Assembly (NCBI GenBank): GCA_031424715.1
Contig: JANPHZ010000158.1
Span: forward strand, 1 to 46,217
Direction of reading: 5' to 3'
Origin: Frankiaceae bacterium
GTDB taxonomy: Bacteria; Actinomycetota; Actinomycetes; Mycobacteriales; SCTD01
Length of the DNA: 46,217 bases
The translations under genes were made by a program, and so were the position numbers. Below the pieces are notes generated by a model, which was not told where the DNA came from, made no database searches, and was given only the letters and a program-made list of their open reading frames with translations. Shown one piece after another: positions 7,570 through 15,041 of the stretch (position 1 is the stretch's first letter; the number at the start of each line of letters is the position of its first letter).

Positions 7570-9435
7570 ATGTCGTTGTCCCCCCGACCGTCCGTGCGCA
7601 AGCGCGCGATGGTCGTCCTCACCGCTGCGGCCACCGTCGCCGGCGGCGCCGCGCTGCTCGGCCCGGGCACCAGCTCGGCGTCCAGTCACCGCGAGGCGCC
7701 GTACATCAGCACCGACCCGGCTGTCGACAACACCGACACCTATGCGTTCGTCAGTCCTGACGACGCCAACACCGTCACCCTGATCGCCAACTGGGCGCCG
7801 TTCTCGGAGCCGGCGGGTGGCCCCAACTTCTTCCCGTGGGCGACCGACGCGGCCTACGACGTCAACGTCGACAACGACGGTGACGCCAAGCCCGACATCA
7901 CCTACCGCTGGACGTTCAACGACGTCGACCTCCGCGGTGCCGCCAAGCGCTCCGCTGACGGCTCCGCGGACGGCACGTTCCTCTACGCCGACGGTCCGGT
8001 CACCGAGCTCGACGACCCCAACCTGCTGTTCCGGCAGACCTATGACCTGACGGCCCTCGTCGAGAACGGCACGTCGACCCCGACGTCGACCATCCTCATC
8101 AACGACGGCAAGGTCGCCCCGTCCAACGTCGGCACGGCGACCATCCCCGACTACACCGCGCTGCGGGCCAAGGCCATCACGGCCGTGCCCGGTGGCGGTT
8201 CGTCGTACGTCGGACAGGCGGACGACCCGTTCGCGCTCGACCTGCGGGTCTTCGACCTGCTCTACGGCAGTGACCTCAAGGCGACCGGCTACGACACCCT
8301 GTCGGGCTACAACGTCAACAGCGTCGCGCTGAAGCTGCCGAAGAACCTCCTGGCCGCCGCTGGCGACGCGAGCAAGAACCCGGTCATCGGTGTCTGGTCC
8401 ACGACCAGCCGCTTCCAGACCCGCGTCTTCAAGGACACCAACGGCGCGCCGTCGACCAGTGCCACGGCCAGCAGTGACGCGCTCGCGGGCAGCGGTCCGC
8501 TCGTGCAGATCTCGCGTCTGGGCAACCCGCTCGTCAACGAGGCGGTCGTCCCGGCCAACCTCAAGGACTACTTCAACCGGTCCACGCCGGACAAGGACGC
8601 GCAGTTCCTGAAGAAGGTCCAGAACCCCGAGATCCCCCAGCTCGTCGAGGGTCTCTACATGGTCCCGAACCCGAACAAGACCGCGGGTTACGAGAACCGC
8701 CCCGACCTCGTCGCGGCGTTCCTCACCGGCATCTCCAAGGCCAACGGCGAGGGCACCCAGCCCGGGACCGGCAGCCTGACCAAGGGCTCGCCCGCGGTCG
8801 ACCTCAACTCGCTCGCGCTCAACGCGGTCAGCCCCAACCCGGCTCCCGCGGAGTACCTGCGACTGAACATGAACGTGCCCCCGACCCCCGAGACGGCGAA
8901 GTCCTACAGCCGGCTCGGTGTCATCGGTGGTGACGTTGCGGGCTTCCCGAACGGCCGTCGCCTCAACGACGACGTGATCGACATCGCCCTGCAGGTGCTC
9001 GAGGGCGTGCTCGTCCCCGGTTCGCCGGCGGCGGTCAAGGGCCTCGGCGACGGTGTCGCGGACAACGACCTCAAGAACACGGCGTCGTTCCCGTACATCG
9101 CCGGCCCGCACACGGGCAGCGACCCGCGGATCGGTCAGAACCAGGTCTCGTTCGAGCAGGTCTTCACCAGCTCGGGCGGCACGGTCTCGACGCAGATCAA
9201 GAACATCACCCCGGCCATCCCGGGTGGCTTCGTGCAGCTCTACCGCGTCAACGCTGACGGCTCGCTGACGGGCTTCGGCACGTCGGCTCTCAACGCCGCT
9301 GGCACCGCCACCGTCGTGCGCAGCTTCAAGGCGCCGATCGGCAGCAAGCTGACGCTGAACTACCGCGTGTTCCCCAAGCGCGGTAACGCAGCTGGTGTCC
9401 AGCGCGGCCTGCCCTCGACCTTCACGGTCAAGTAG
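7570..9435 (+). CDS. Secreted DUF4331 family protein (paralog B) with an extra C-terminal beta-rich domain and no cell-wall anchor
   Basis: 621 aa. Signal peptide MSLSPRPSVRKRAMVVLTAAATVAGGAALLGPGTSSA, then SSHREAPYISTDPAVDNTDTYAFVSPDD. Collinear similarity to paralog A (FDLLYG, GYNVNS.AL, RLGNPLVNE, GFPNGRRL.DDV.DI.LQ). GGAGAC lies before the ATG. Confidence 0.85.
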   Translation: MSLSPRPSVRKRAMVVLTAAATVAGGAALLGPGTSSASSHREAPYISTDPAVDNTDTYAFVSPDDANTVTLIANWAPFSEPAGGPNFFPWATDAAYDVNVDNDGDAKPDITYRWTFNDVDLRGAAKRSADGSADGTFLYADGPVTELDDPNLLFRQTYDLTALVENGTSTPTSTILINDGKVAPSNVGTATIPDYTALRAKAITAVPGGGSSYVGQADDPFALDLRVFDLLYGSDLKATGYDTLSGYNVNSVALKLPKNLLAAAGDASKNPVIGVWSTTSRFQTRVFKDTNGAPSTSATASSDALAGSGPLVQISRLGNPLVNEAVVPANLKDYFNRSTPDKDAQFLKKVQNPEIPQLVEGLYMVPNPNKTAGYENRPDLVAAFLTGISKANGEGTQPGTGSLTKGSPAVDLNSLALNAVSPNPAPAEYLRLNMNVPPTPETAKSYSRLGVIGGDVAGFPNGRRLNDDVIDIALQVLEGVLVPGSPAAVKGLGDGVADNDLKNTASFPYIAGPHTGSDPRIGQNQVSFEQVFTSSGGTVSTQIKNITPAIPGGFVQLYRVNADGSLTGFGTSALNAAGTATVVRSFKAPIGSKLTLNYRVFPKRGNAAGVQRGLPSTFTVK

Positions 9436-9480
9436 GCCCGCAGTACCGCTCGCGCAGTACCGTTCGCGTAAGGCATGACG

Positions 9481-9516
9481 CCACCGGGGCGGTCCCTGTC
9501 GGGGCCGCCCCGGTGG
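9481..9516 (+). terminator. Strong GC hairpin (12-bp perfect stem ccaccggggcgg / ccgccccggtgg) downstream of DUF4331-B
   Basis: Perfect inverted repeat read directly. It is preceded at 9439-9468 by a direct 15-bp duplication, cgcagtaccg(c/t)tcgcg. There is no U-tail, as is common in high-GC actinobacteria. Confidence 0.6.
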
Positions 9517-9546
9517 CGCGTCCGCACCACCTTCCTCGGAGGACTC

Positions 9547-9954
9547 ATGCGTCTGCTCCCGCCCGTCGTGCTGGCTCTGGTCGCCCTGACCGGGTGCTCG
9601 GGATCCTCGGGCGGACAGGCTCGTGCGACGGTGCCGCTGCCGGCGCCGGAGGCCTTCACCGACGGGACGTGTCGGGTGGCTGCTCCCGACATCGTCGCGA
9701 TCGGCGAGCAGGTCGACCGGCTCGGCGACGGGCCGAAGGTCGACACCGCCGTCAAGGTCGCGCTGCGCGAGGCACAGGTGCGACTGGCCGAGCTCGCCAC
9801 GGCAGCTGAGCCGGCGTACAAGCCGGCGCTGGACGCGCTCGTCGTCACGGTCGGGGGCGTGCGGATCCGTGCGGACGGCAACGTCTACGACCCCGAGCTC
9901 ACCACGCAGCTCGGCCGCGACTACCGCGGCGTGCTCGACGTCTGCCTGCGCTGA
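9547..9954 (+). CDS. Putative lipoprotein
   Basis: The internal ATG of track ORF 9475..9954 gives MRLLPPVVLALVALTGCSGSSGG (lipobox L-T-G-C). Family not recognised. Confidence 0.6.
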   Translation: MRLLPPVVLALVALTGCSGSSGGQARATVPLPAPEAFTDGTCRVAAPDIVAIGEQVDRLGDGPKVDTAVKVALREAQVRLAELATAAEPAYKPALDALVVTVGGVRIRADGNVYDPELTTQLGRDYRGVLDVCLR

Positions 9955-9977
9955 GCATCTCTGCGTAGGCTCACCCC

Positions 9978-10214
9978 GTGTCCGCGCCCGTGACCTCGCC
10001 CGGCCCGGACGACCGGTGGCGGTGCTCGCTGTGCGGCAACCTGACCCGCTTCGACGTCGTACGACGGACCCGGGCGAAGGAGTACGTGCACGCCGACCTT
10101 GCCGGGACGCAGGCGGTCGAAGAGCGCGAGCTGCTCGAGGACGTCATCGAGCACGTCACCTGCCGCTGGTGCAACGCCGTGGACCAGGTGGAGCTGGTGC
10201 CCCGACCGGGTTGA
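9978..10214 (+). CDS. Small zinc-ribbon-like protein (CxxC ... CxxC)
   Basis: 78 aa, GTG start. Contains CSLCGN and CRWCN pairs, with codon third positions mostly G/C. Confidence 0.55.
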   Translation: MSAPVTSPGPDDRWRCSLCGNLTRFDVVRRTRAKEYVHADLAGTQAVEERELLEDVIEHVTCRWCNAVDQVELVPRPG

Positions 10215-10295
10215 CCGACCGCGCGTTGTCGGACCCTGTCCCTAGCGTCCCTCCTGCCGGCGCACCGCCGGTCTTCCCCGCCTCAGGAGGCTGCT

Positions 10296-10514
10296 GTGCT
10301 CATCGACTGCGACGGGTGCGCGATGCGCGACCTGGCCTGTGCCGACTGCGTGGTCACCGTCTTGCTGGGCTGCGAGCCCGGTCCGCTGGAGATGGACGAG
10401 TCCGAGGCCCGCGCGCTCGACGCGCTGGCCGACAACGGGCTCGTCCCGCGCCTGCAGCTGGTGCCCCTGGGCCTGCCGGAGGTGCCCGGCCGGCGCCATC
10501 GCGCGGTGTCCTGA
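10296..10514 (+). CDS. Small Cys-rich protein (CDGC-x7-CADC)
   Basis: 72 aa, starting MLIDCDGCAMRDLACADCVVTVLLG. It lies just upstream of sepH, and AGGAGG lies upstream of the start. Confidence 0.5.
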   Translation: MLIDCDGCAMRDLACADCVVTVLLGCEPGPLEMDESEARALDALADNGLVPRLQLVPLGLPEVPGRRHRAVS

Positions 10515-10609
10515 TCGCCCGGGTTCGGGGGTCCGCTTGTCCTGGGAGCACCTGACGCGGAACACTCACCGTCACCGCCGATTCACGGCGGGCGAAACGG
10601 AGGATCCCG

Positions 10610-11731
10610 GTGCGTGAGCTGCACGTCGTCGCCCTGAGCGAGGACGGACGCTCGGTCCTGCTGGCGCCGAGCAAGAAAGCCCCCGTCGGCGCCTTCCGGG
10701 TCAAGCTCGACGGCAAGCTGTCCGCCGCGCTGCGGGGGGAGCTGCCCCGGGAGGGCGAGAGCGGCCCGCGCGCCGTCGAGGTCTCGCCCAAGGAGATCCA
10801 GGCGCGCATGCGCGCGGGTGAGTCGGCCCAGCAGATCGCCGATGCCGCGGGGGTGCCGGTCGCCCGGGTCGAGCGCTTCGCCGGACCGGTGCTGTCCGAG
10901 CGCGAGCGGATCATCGACCAGGCCCGCGCGGGCTACCTCACCCGCGGTCGTCTCGGCCCCAGCCAGCTGCCGCTGGGCGACGCGGTGCAGGCCGCGCTCG
11001 CCGAGACCGACTCGCTCAAGACCGAGTCAGTGCAGTGGTCCACCCGTCGGCTCGAGTCGGGGCACTGGCTCGTGCAGGTCAGCTACGTCGCGCGTGCGCG
11101 CGCCAAGACGGCCAGCTGGGTGTTCGACGCGGGAACCCGAGCCCTCACGGCCTCCGATACCGCCTCGTCGGCACTGGGGCACCGCAGTGACGTGCCTGCG
11201 ACCGGGGCCGCTGCCGCGGTCGCGGCGGTAGCAGCTGCGGCGCACCGGGCGGCCTCGGGTTCTGCCGGCGCCCGGCGTACGACGCGGACGGCGAAGAAGG
11301 CGGTGGCTGCCAAGCCGGCCAAGAAGGCCAGTCCGGCCAAGAAGGCCAGCCCGGCCAAGAAGGCCAGTCAGCCCAAGAAGGCGGTGGCCGCCACACCGGC
11401 CAAGAAGGCGGTGGTCGCGAAGCCGGCCAAGAAGGCGGTGTCCGCGAAGACGGCGGTGCCCGCGAAGACGGCGGTGCCCGCGAAGACGGCGGTGCCCGCG
11501 AAGACGGCGGTGCCCGCGAGGAGGGTGGCCGCCAAGCCGGCCAAGAAGGCCAGCGCTCCGAGGACGATGAGCCCGCCCGCCCTGCGCGTGGTCCCGCCGC
11601 CCCCGGCCCCGGTCCAGGAGCCGGAGGAGCTGCAGCAGCCGCGCAAGCGGGCCGCCGGCGAGCGTGCGACCGTGCCTGCATGGGCCGACGTACTGCTCGG
11701 GATCTCGCCCCGGGACAAGGCAGACGGCTGA
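10610..11731 (+). CDS. sepH: Septation protein SepH (DUF3071 N-terminal domain, basic Ala/Lys/Pro-rich repeat region, conserved C-terminus)
   Basis: 373 aa. MRELHVVALSEDGRSVLLA... and EIQARMRAGESAQQIADAAGVPVARVERFAGPVLSER are typical of DUF3071/SepH. Then come PAKKA/AKTAVP repeats. GGAGGA lies before the GTG. Confidence 0.8.
   Translation: MRELHVVALSEDGRSVLLAPSKKAPVGAFRVKLDGKLSAALRGELPREGESGPRAVEVSPKEIQARMRAGESAQQIADAAGVPVARVERFAGPVLSERERIIDQARAGYLTRGRLGPSQLPLGDAVQAALAETDSLKTESVQWSTRRLESGHWLVQVSYVARARAKTASWVFDAGTRALTASDTASSALGHRSDVPATGAAAAVAAVAAAAHRAASGSAGARRTTRTAKKAVAAKPAKKASPAKKASPAKKASQPKKAVAATPAKKAVVAKPAKKAVSAKTAVPAKTAVPAKTAVPAKTAVPARRVAAKPAKKASAPRTMSPPALRVVPPPPAPVQEPEELQQPRKRAAGERATVPAWADVLLGISPRDKADG
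11444..11515 (+). repeat. Perfect 18-bp tandem repeat x4 (gcgaagacggcggtgccc = AKTAVP) inside sepH
   Basis: Read directly; in frame. It is embedded in a wider degenerate (P)AKKA(S/V) repeat region at about 11290-11550. Confidence 0.9.
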
Positions 11732-12483
11732 GCAGCGCCCCACGGCTGCTGACAGTGCTGCTGGCTGCGGCGCTGAGCATGGTGAGCATGGTGAGCGGGT
11801 GCGCCGGCCCGGTGAGCACCGAGCGCTCGCAGGGAGTCAGCACCGGCTTGGCGCGCCTCGACGCTGCCATCGTTGGTTTCGACGCGGCGCGAACCAGGGC
11901 GCTCGCGCAGGCCGGGGCGCCCGTGACGGCAGCCCGGGCGCTCGACGATGCCGACGCAGCGGCGGCGCAGGCCGATCAGGGGGTGGCCGCGCAGGCGCGC
12001 CGGCGTAGCAGGGTGGCGGTGCCGGCGGCCCGCGCGGCGCTCGCCGGACTGGCTGCCACCCTGCGCGGCTATCGGGCCGGGGCCGTCGAGCTGGCCGCTG
12101 CCGCGCGGGCTGCCAGCAGCCTCGATGACATCCAGCGCGCCGCGCTGAACGAGGTGGTCCAGGCCGCGGAGGCGGAATCGGACGCGATCGACGCGTTCCG
12201 GGTGGCCGGGCAGTCGGCGTGGCCGGCCTACGCGTCGCTCGACGAGGCTCAGGGCGTGTGGCTCACTCGCGCCGGCGCCGGGTGGTACCGCGACGCCACC
12301 GAGTCAGCCAACGCCTACGCCGTGCTGGTGCAGGACCAGCGGCTCGCCCTGGAGCAGGCCCGGACATTGCTGCGCCGGGTCGACGTCGCCCGCCGCCCCG
12401 CCAGCGCCAGGGTGCAGACGTCGCTGCGCGCGGCCACCGCCGCGTTGGCCTCCCTGCGCTCGCCAGGCCAGCCCGGCAGCTGA
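11680..12483 (+). CDS. Ala-rich putative lipoprotein (start uncertain)
   Basis: 267-aa track ORF overlapping the sepH 3' end. Contains RLLTVLLAAALSMVSMVSGCAG (lipobox). The true start may be later (ATG near 11779). Confidence 0.5.
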   Translation: MGRRTARDLAPGQGRRLSSAPRLLTVLLAAALSMVSMVSGCAGPVSTERSQGVSTGLARLDAAIVGFDAARTRALAQAGAPVTAARALDDADAAAAQADQGVAAQARRRSRVAVPAARAALAGLAATLRGYRAGAVELAAAARAASSLDDIQRAALNEVVQAAEAESDAIDAFRVAGQSAWPAYASLDEAQGVWLTRAGAGWYRDATESANAYAVLVQDQRLALEQARTLLRRVDVARRPASARVQTSLRAATAALASLRSPGQPGS

Positions 12484-12513
12484 CGCGGCTGCCGACTCGG
12501 CCAGCTCGCCGGA

Positions 12514-13803
12514 GTGGCTGACACGCCGCCGTACGATCGGCGGGTGCAGCGCCTGGGAGCTCGACTGCTGCGCATCACGGCCGTCCTCGGGGCGCTGCAG
12601 GTCCTCGCGTGGTCGCCCTGGCTGAGTCCCGCGACCCCGGTCTCGACGGGTGAGTTCGCGTCCTTCGCGCGGGTGGCGCCGCTGGCCCTGCCGCCGAGCA
12701 CGGACTCCGTTGACGGGTCGGTCACCAGTGCGATCGACAGGGCCCTTGCCGCGCGGGTCGAGGCGTTGCAGCGCAGGGACCGCCCGGGCTGGTTGGCCTC
12801 GACGACGCCGGCTGCGCGCGGTCGGCAGGGCGAGCTCTTCGACTCGCTCGTGGCCCTGCCACTGGCTGACCTGACGGTGGTCCGCTCGGGTCCGGTGCGG
12901 GCCGGCCCGGCCGGATCGAGGGTGGACGTGGTCCTGAGCTATCGCCTCGCCGGGTGGGACGCGCGTCCCGTTGCCGCCACCCGCACGCAGGTGTTCGTCG
13001 TACGGCAGGGACGTGCGCTTCTGGCCGCGGACGCACCGGCGGCCGGCTCGGGCAGCGCCGAGATCTGGGACGGCGGGCCGGTCGTGGCGGTGCGCTCTGG
13101 TCCCGCACTCGTGCTGGGGCACCCGCGCGACCGGCGCACCGTGCAGACGGTCGCTGCCGCGGCGGCGCAAGCGGTCCCGCGGGTCACCTCGGTGTGGGGA
13201 CCGCAGTGGCAGCGGCGCGTCGTGGTGCTCGTGCCCGCGTCGCAGGGTGAGCTGCGCAGCCTGCTGGGGGAGAGCGGCGTGACCAGTCAGATCGCCGCCT
13301 ACGCCACGTCGCGGGCGCCCGGCGTCGGCGAGCGCGTCGTCGTCAACCCGGCGACGTTCCCGCTGCTCGGGTCGGTCGGCCGCCGGGTCGTGCTGACCCA
13401 TGAGGTCACCCACCTCGCCGCTCGCTCCAGCACCGGCCCCGGCATGCCGCTGTGGCTGGTCGAGGGCTTCGCCGACCACGTCGGCTACACCGGTCTGTCG
13501 CTGCCCTATCGGGTCTCGGCGCAGGAGCTCCGGCACGAGGTACGCCGGGGACGGCTGCCCGCTGCGCTGCCGTCCGACGCCGACTTCGCCGGGGACAACC
13601 CGCGGCTCGCGGCGGTCTACGAGCAGGCCTGGCTGGCCGTGCGCCTGCTCGTCGAGCAGCACGGTCGCTCTGCCGTCCTGCGCTTCTACCGCGCGGTCGG
13701 GGCCGGCGAGCAGATCGAGCCGGCCCTGCGCCGGATCCTGTCGACCGACCTGCGCTCCTTCACCGCCGCGTGGCAGCGCGACCTGCGGACGCGGCTCGCG
13801 TGA
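12514..13803 (+). CDS. Membrane-anchored putative zinc metallopeptidase (HExxH)
   Basis: 429 aa. N-terminal hydrophobic segment LLRITAVLGALQVLAW, with VVLTHEVTHLAARSS (HExxH) and a downstream EGFADHVG. The family name is not certain. Confidence 0.6.
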   Translation: MADTPPYDRRVQRLGARLLRITAVLGALQVLAWSPWLSPATPVSTGEFASFARVAPLALPPSTDSVDGSVTSAIDRALAARVEALQRRDRPGWLASTTPAARGRQGELFDSLVALPLADLTVVRSGPVRAGPAGSRVDVVLSYRLAGWDARPVAATRTQVFVVRQGRALLAADAPAAGSGSAEIWDGGPVVAVRSGPALVLGHPRDRRTVQTVAAAAAQAVPRVTSVWGPQWQRRVVVLVPASQGELRSLLGESGVTSQIAAYATSRAPGVGERVVVNPATFPLLGSVGRRVVLTHEVTHLAARSSTGPGMPLWLVEGFADHVGYTGLSLPYRVSAQELRHEVRRGRLPAALPSDADFAGDNPRLAAVYEQAWLAVRLLVEQHGRSAVLRFYRAVGAGEQIEPALRRILSTDLRSFTAAWQRDLRTRLA

Positions 13804-15041
13804 GGCGCGGACCGGTCGTCTGGACCCTGCTTTTCCTGCTCGTGGGACTCGGGGCGGCGTTGGCGCTGCTCGTGCCGTGGTCGGTGCTGCCAGGCGCTGA
13901 TCTGCGCGGCGCGATCGGGACCGACTTCACCCCCGGGGAGCTCGCGCGCGAGGAGGCGTTCCACCGGGAGGTGCGCCCCCCGTCGTACGCCGGACTCGTG
14001 CTAGGCCTCGCCGTCAGTGCCGTGCTGGGCCTGACGCCGCTCGGCGGTCGCCTGGTGCGGCGCGTGTCGCCCCGGTGGTGGCCCGCGCAGGTCGTGTGCG
14101 GGACGCTCGCGCTCGTCGGACTCGGGCGTCTGGTGACCCTGCCGCTTGACGCCATGATCGAACGCGGGCTGCGCCGCTACGGGCTCTCCACGCAGACCTG
14201 GGGTGGCTGGCTGCTCGACGTCTGCCGCCAGGTCCTGGTCGCCTCCGCGCTGACGGCGCTGGTGCTCCTGGCGGCGCTGCTTCTCGTGCGGATCGCGCCG
14301 CGCACCTGGTGGGCCTGGGCGGCGGGGACTACGGCGGCGCTGGTCGTCGCCGGTTCGTTCGCCTATCCGGTCCTGATCGAGCCGGTCTTTAACGACTTCC
14401 GGCCGCTGCCCGCCGGCTCGCAGCGCACGGCGCTGCTCGCCCTCGCCGACCGGGACGGGGTGCCCGTGCAGGACGTCCTGGTCGCCGACGCCTCCCGTCG
14501 TACGACCTCGCTCAACGCCTATGTGAGCGGCTTCGGCTCGACCCGCCGGATCGTCGTCTACGACACGCTGCTGCGTACGGCGACACCGCGTGAGGTCGAG
14601 CTGGTCGTCGCCCACGAGCTGGGGCACGCGGACGAGGACGACGTGCTCGTCGGCACGCTGCTTGGGGCGGGAGGTGCCGCCGCCGGTGTCTGCGTCCTGG
14701 CCCTGCTGGTGTCGAGTGCGCGGGTGCGCCGCCGCTGTGGAGCTGACTCTGTCGGCGACCCAAGACTCATTCCGCTGCTGCTGTTCGTCAGCGCGGCGGG
14801 GATGCTCCTGCTGCTCCCGGTGACGAACGCCGTGTCCCGGCAGGTGGAGGCGCGGGCCGACCTGCACTCGCTGGAGCTGACGGAGGATCCGCAGACGTTC
14901 ATCGCGACCGAGCAGCGGCTGGCGCGCACCAACCTCGGTGACCTTCGACCAGATCCGGTGCTCCACGCCATCTTCGCCAGCCACCCCTCGGTCGTGCGGC
15001 GCATCGCCATGGCCCGCGAGTGGGACCGGTTGCGCCGGTGA
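13800..15041 (+). CDS. M48 family (Ste24/HtpX-like) integral-membrane metalloprotease
   Basis: The track ORF 13452..15041 is over-extended. An in-frame GTG at 13800 overlaps the upstream stop (GTGA) and gives VRRGPVVWTLLFLLVGLGAALALLVPW. The protein has several TM segments and VVAHELGHADEDD. Confidence 0.8.
   Translation: MRRGPVVWTLLFLLVGLGAALALLVPWSVLPGADLRGAIGTDFTPGELAREEAFHREVRPPSYAGLVLGLAVSAVLGLTPLGGRLVRRVSPRWWPAQVVCGTLALVGLGRLVTLPLDAMIERGLRRYGLSTQTWGGWLLDVCRQVLVASALTALVLLAALLLVRIAPRTWWAWAAGTTAALVVAGSFAYPVLIEPVFNDFRPLPAGSQRTALLALADRDGVPVQDVLVADASRRTTSLNAYVSGFGSTRRIVVYDTLLRTATPREVELVVAHELGHADEDDVLVGTLLGAGGAAAGVCVLALLVSSARVRRRCGADSVGDPRLIPLLLFVSAAGMLLLLPVTNAVSRQVEARADLHSLELTEDPQTFIATEQRLARTNLGDLRPDPVLHAIFASHPSVVRRIAMAREWDRLRR

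Noticed and set aside
7300-9111. 603-aa minus-strand ORF opposite DUF4331-B
   Set aside because: It is antisense to a gene with a clear signal peptide, a family hallmark (SSHREAP...) and a paralog in the window. Its own translation is R/G/V/D-rich without motifs.
10515-10609. Small hairpin ccgccg-attca-cggcgg upstream of sepH as a possible riboswitch or attenuator
   Set aside because: It has only a 6-bp stem, matches no conserved motif I can name, and sits just before the sepH Shine-Dalgarno sequence. The evidence is insufficient for a feature call.
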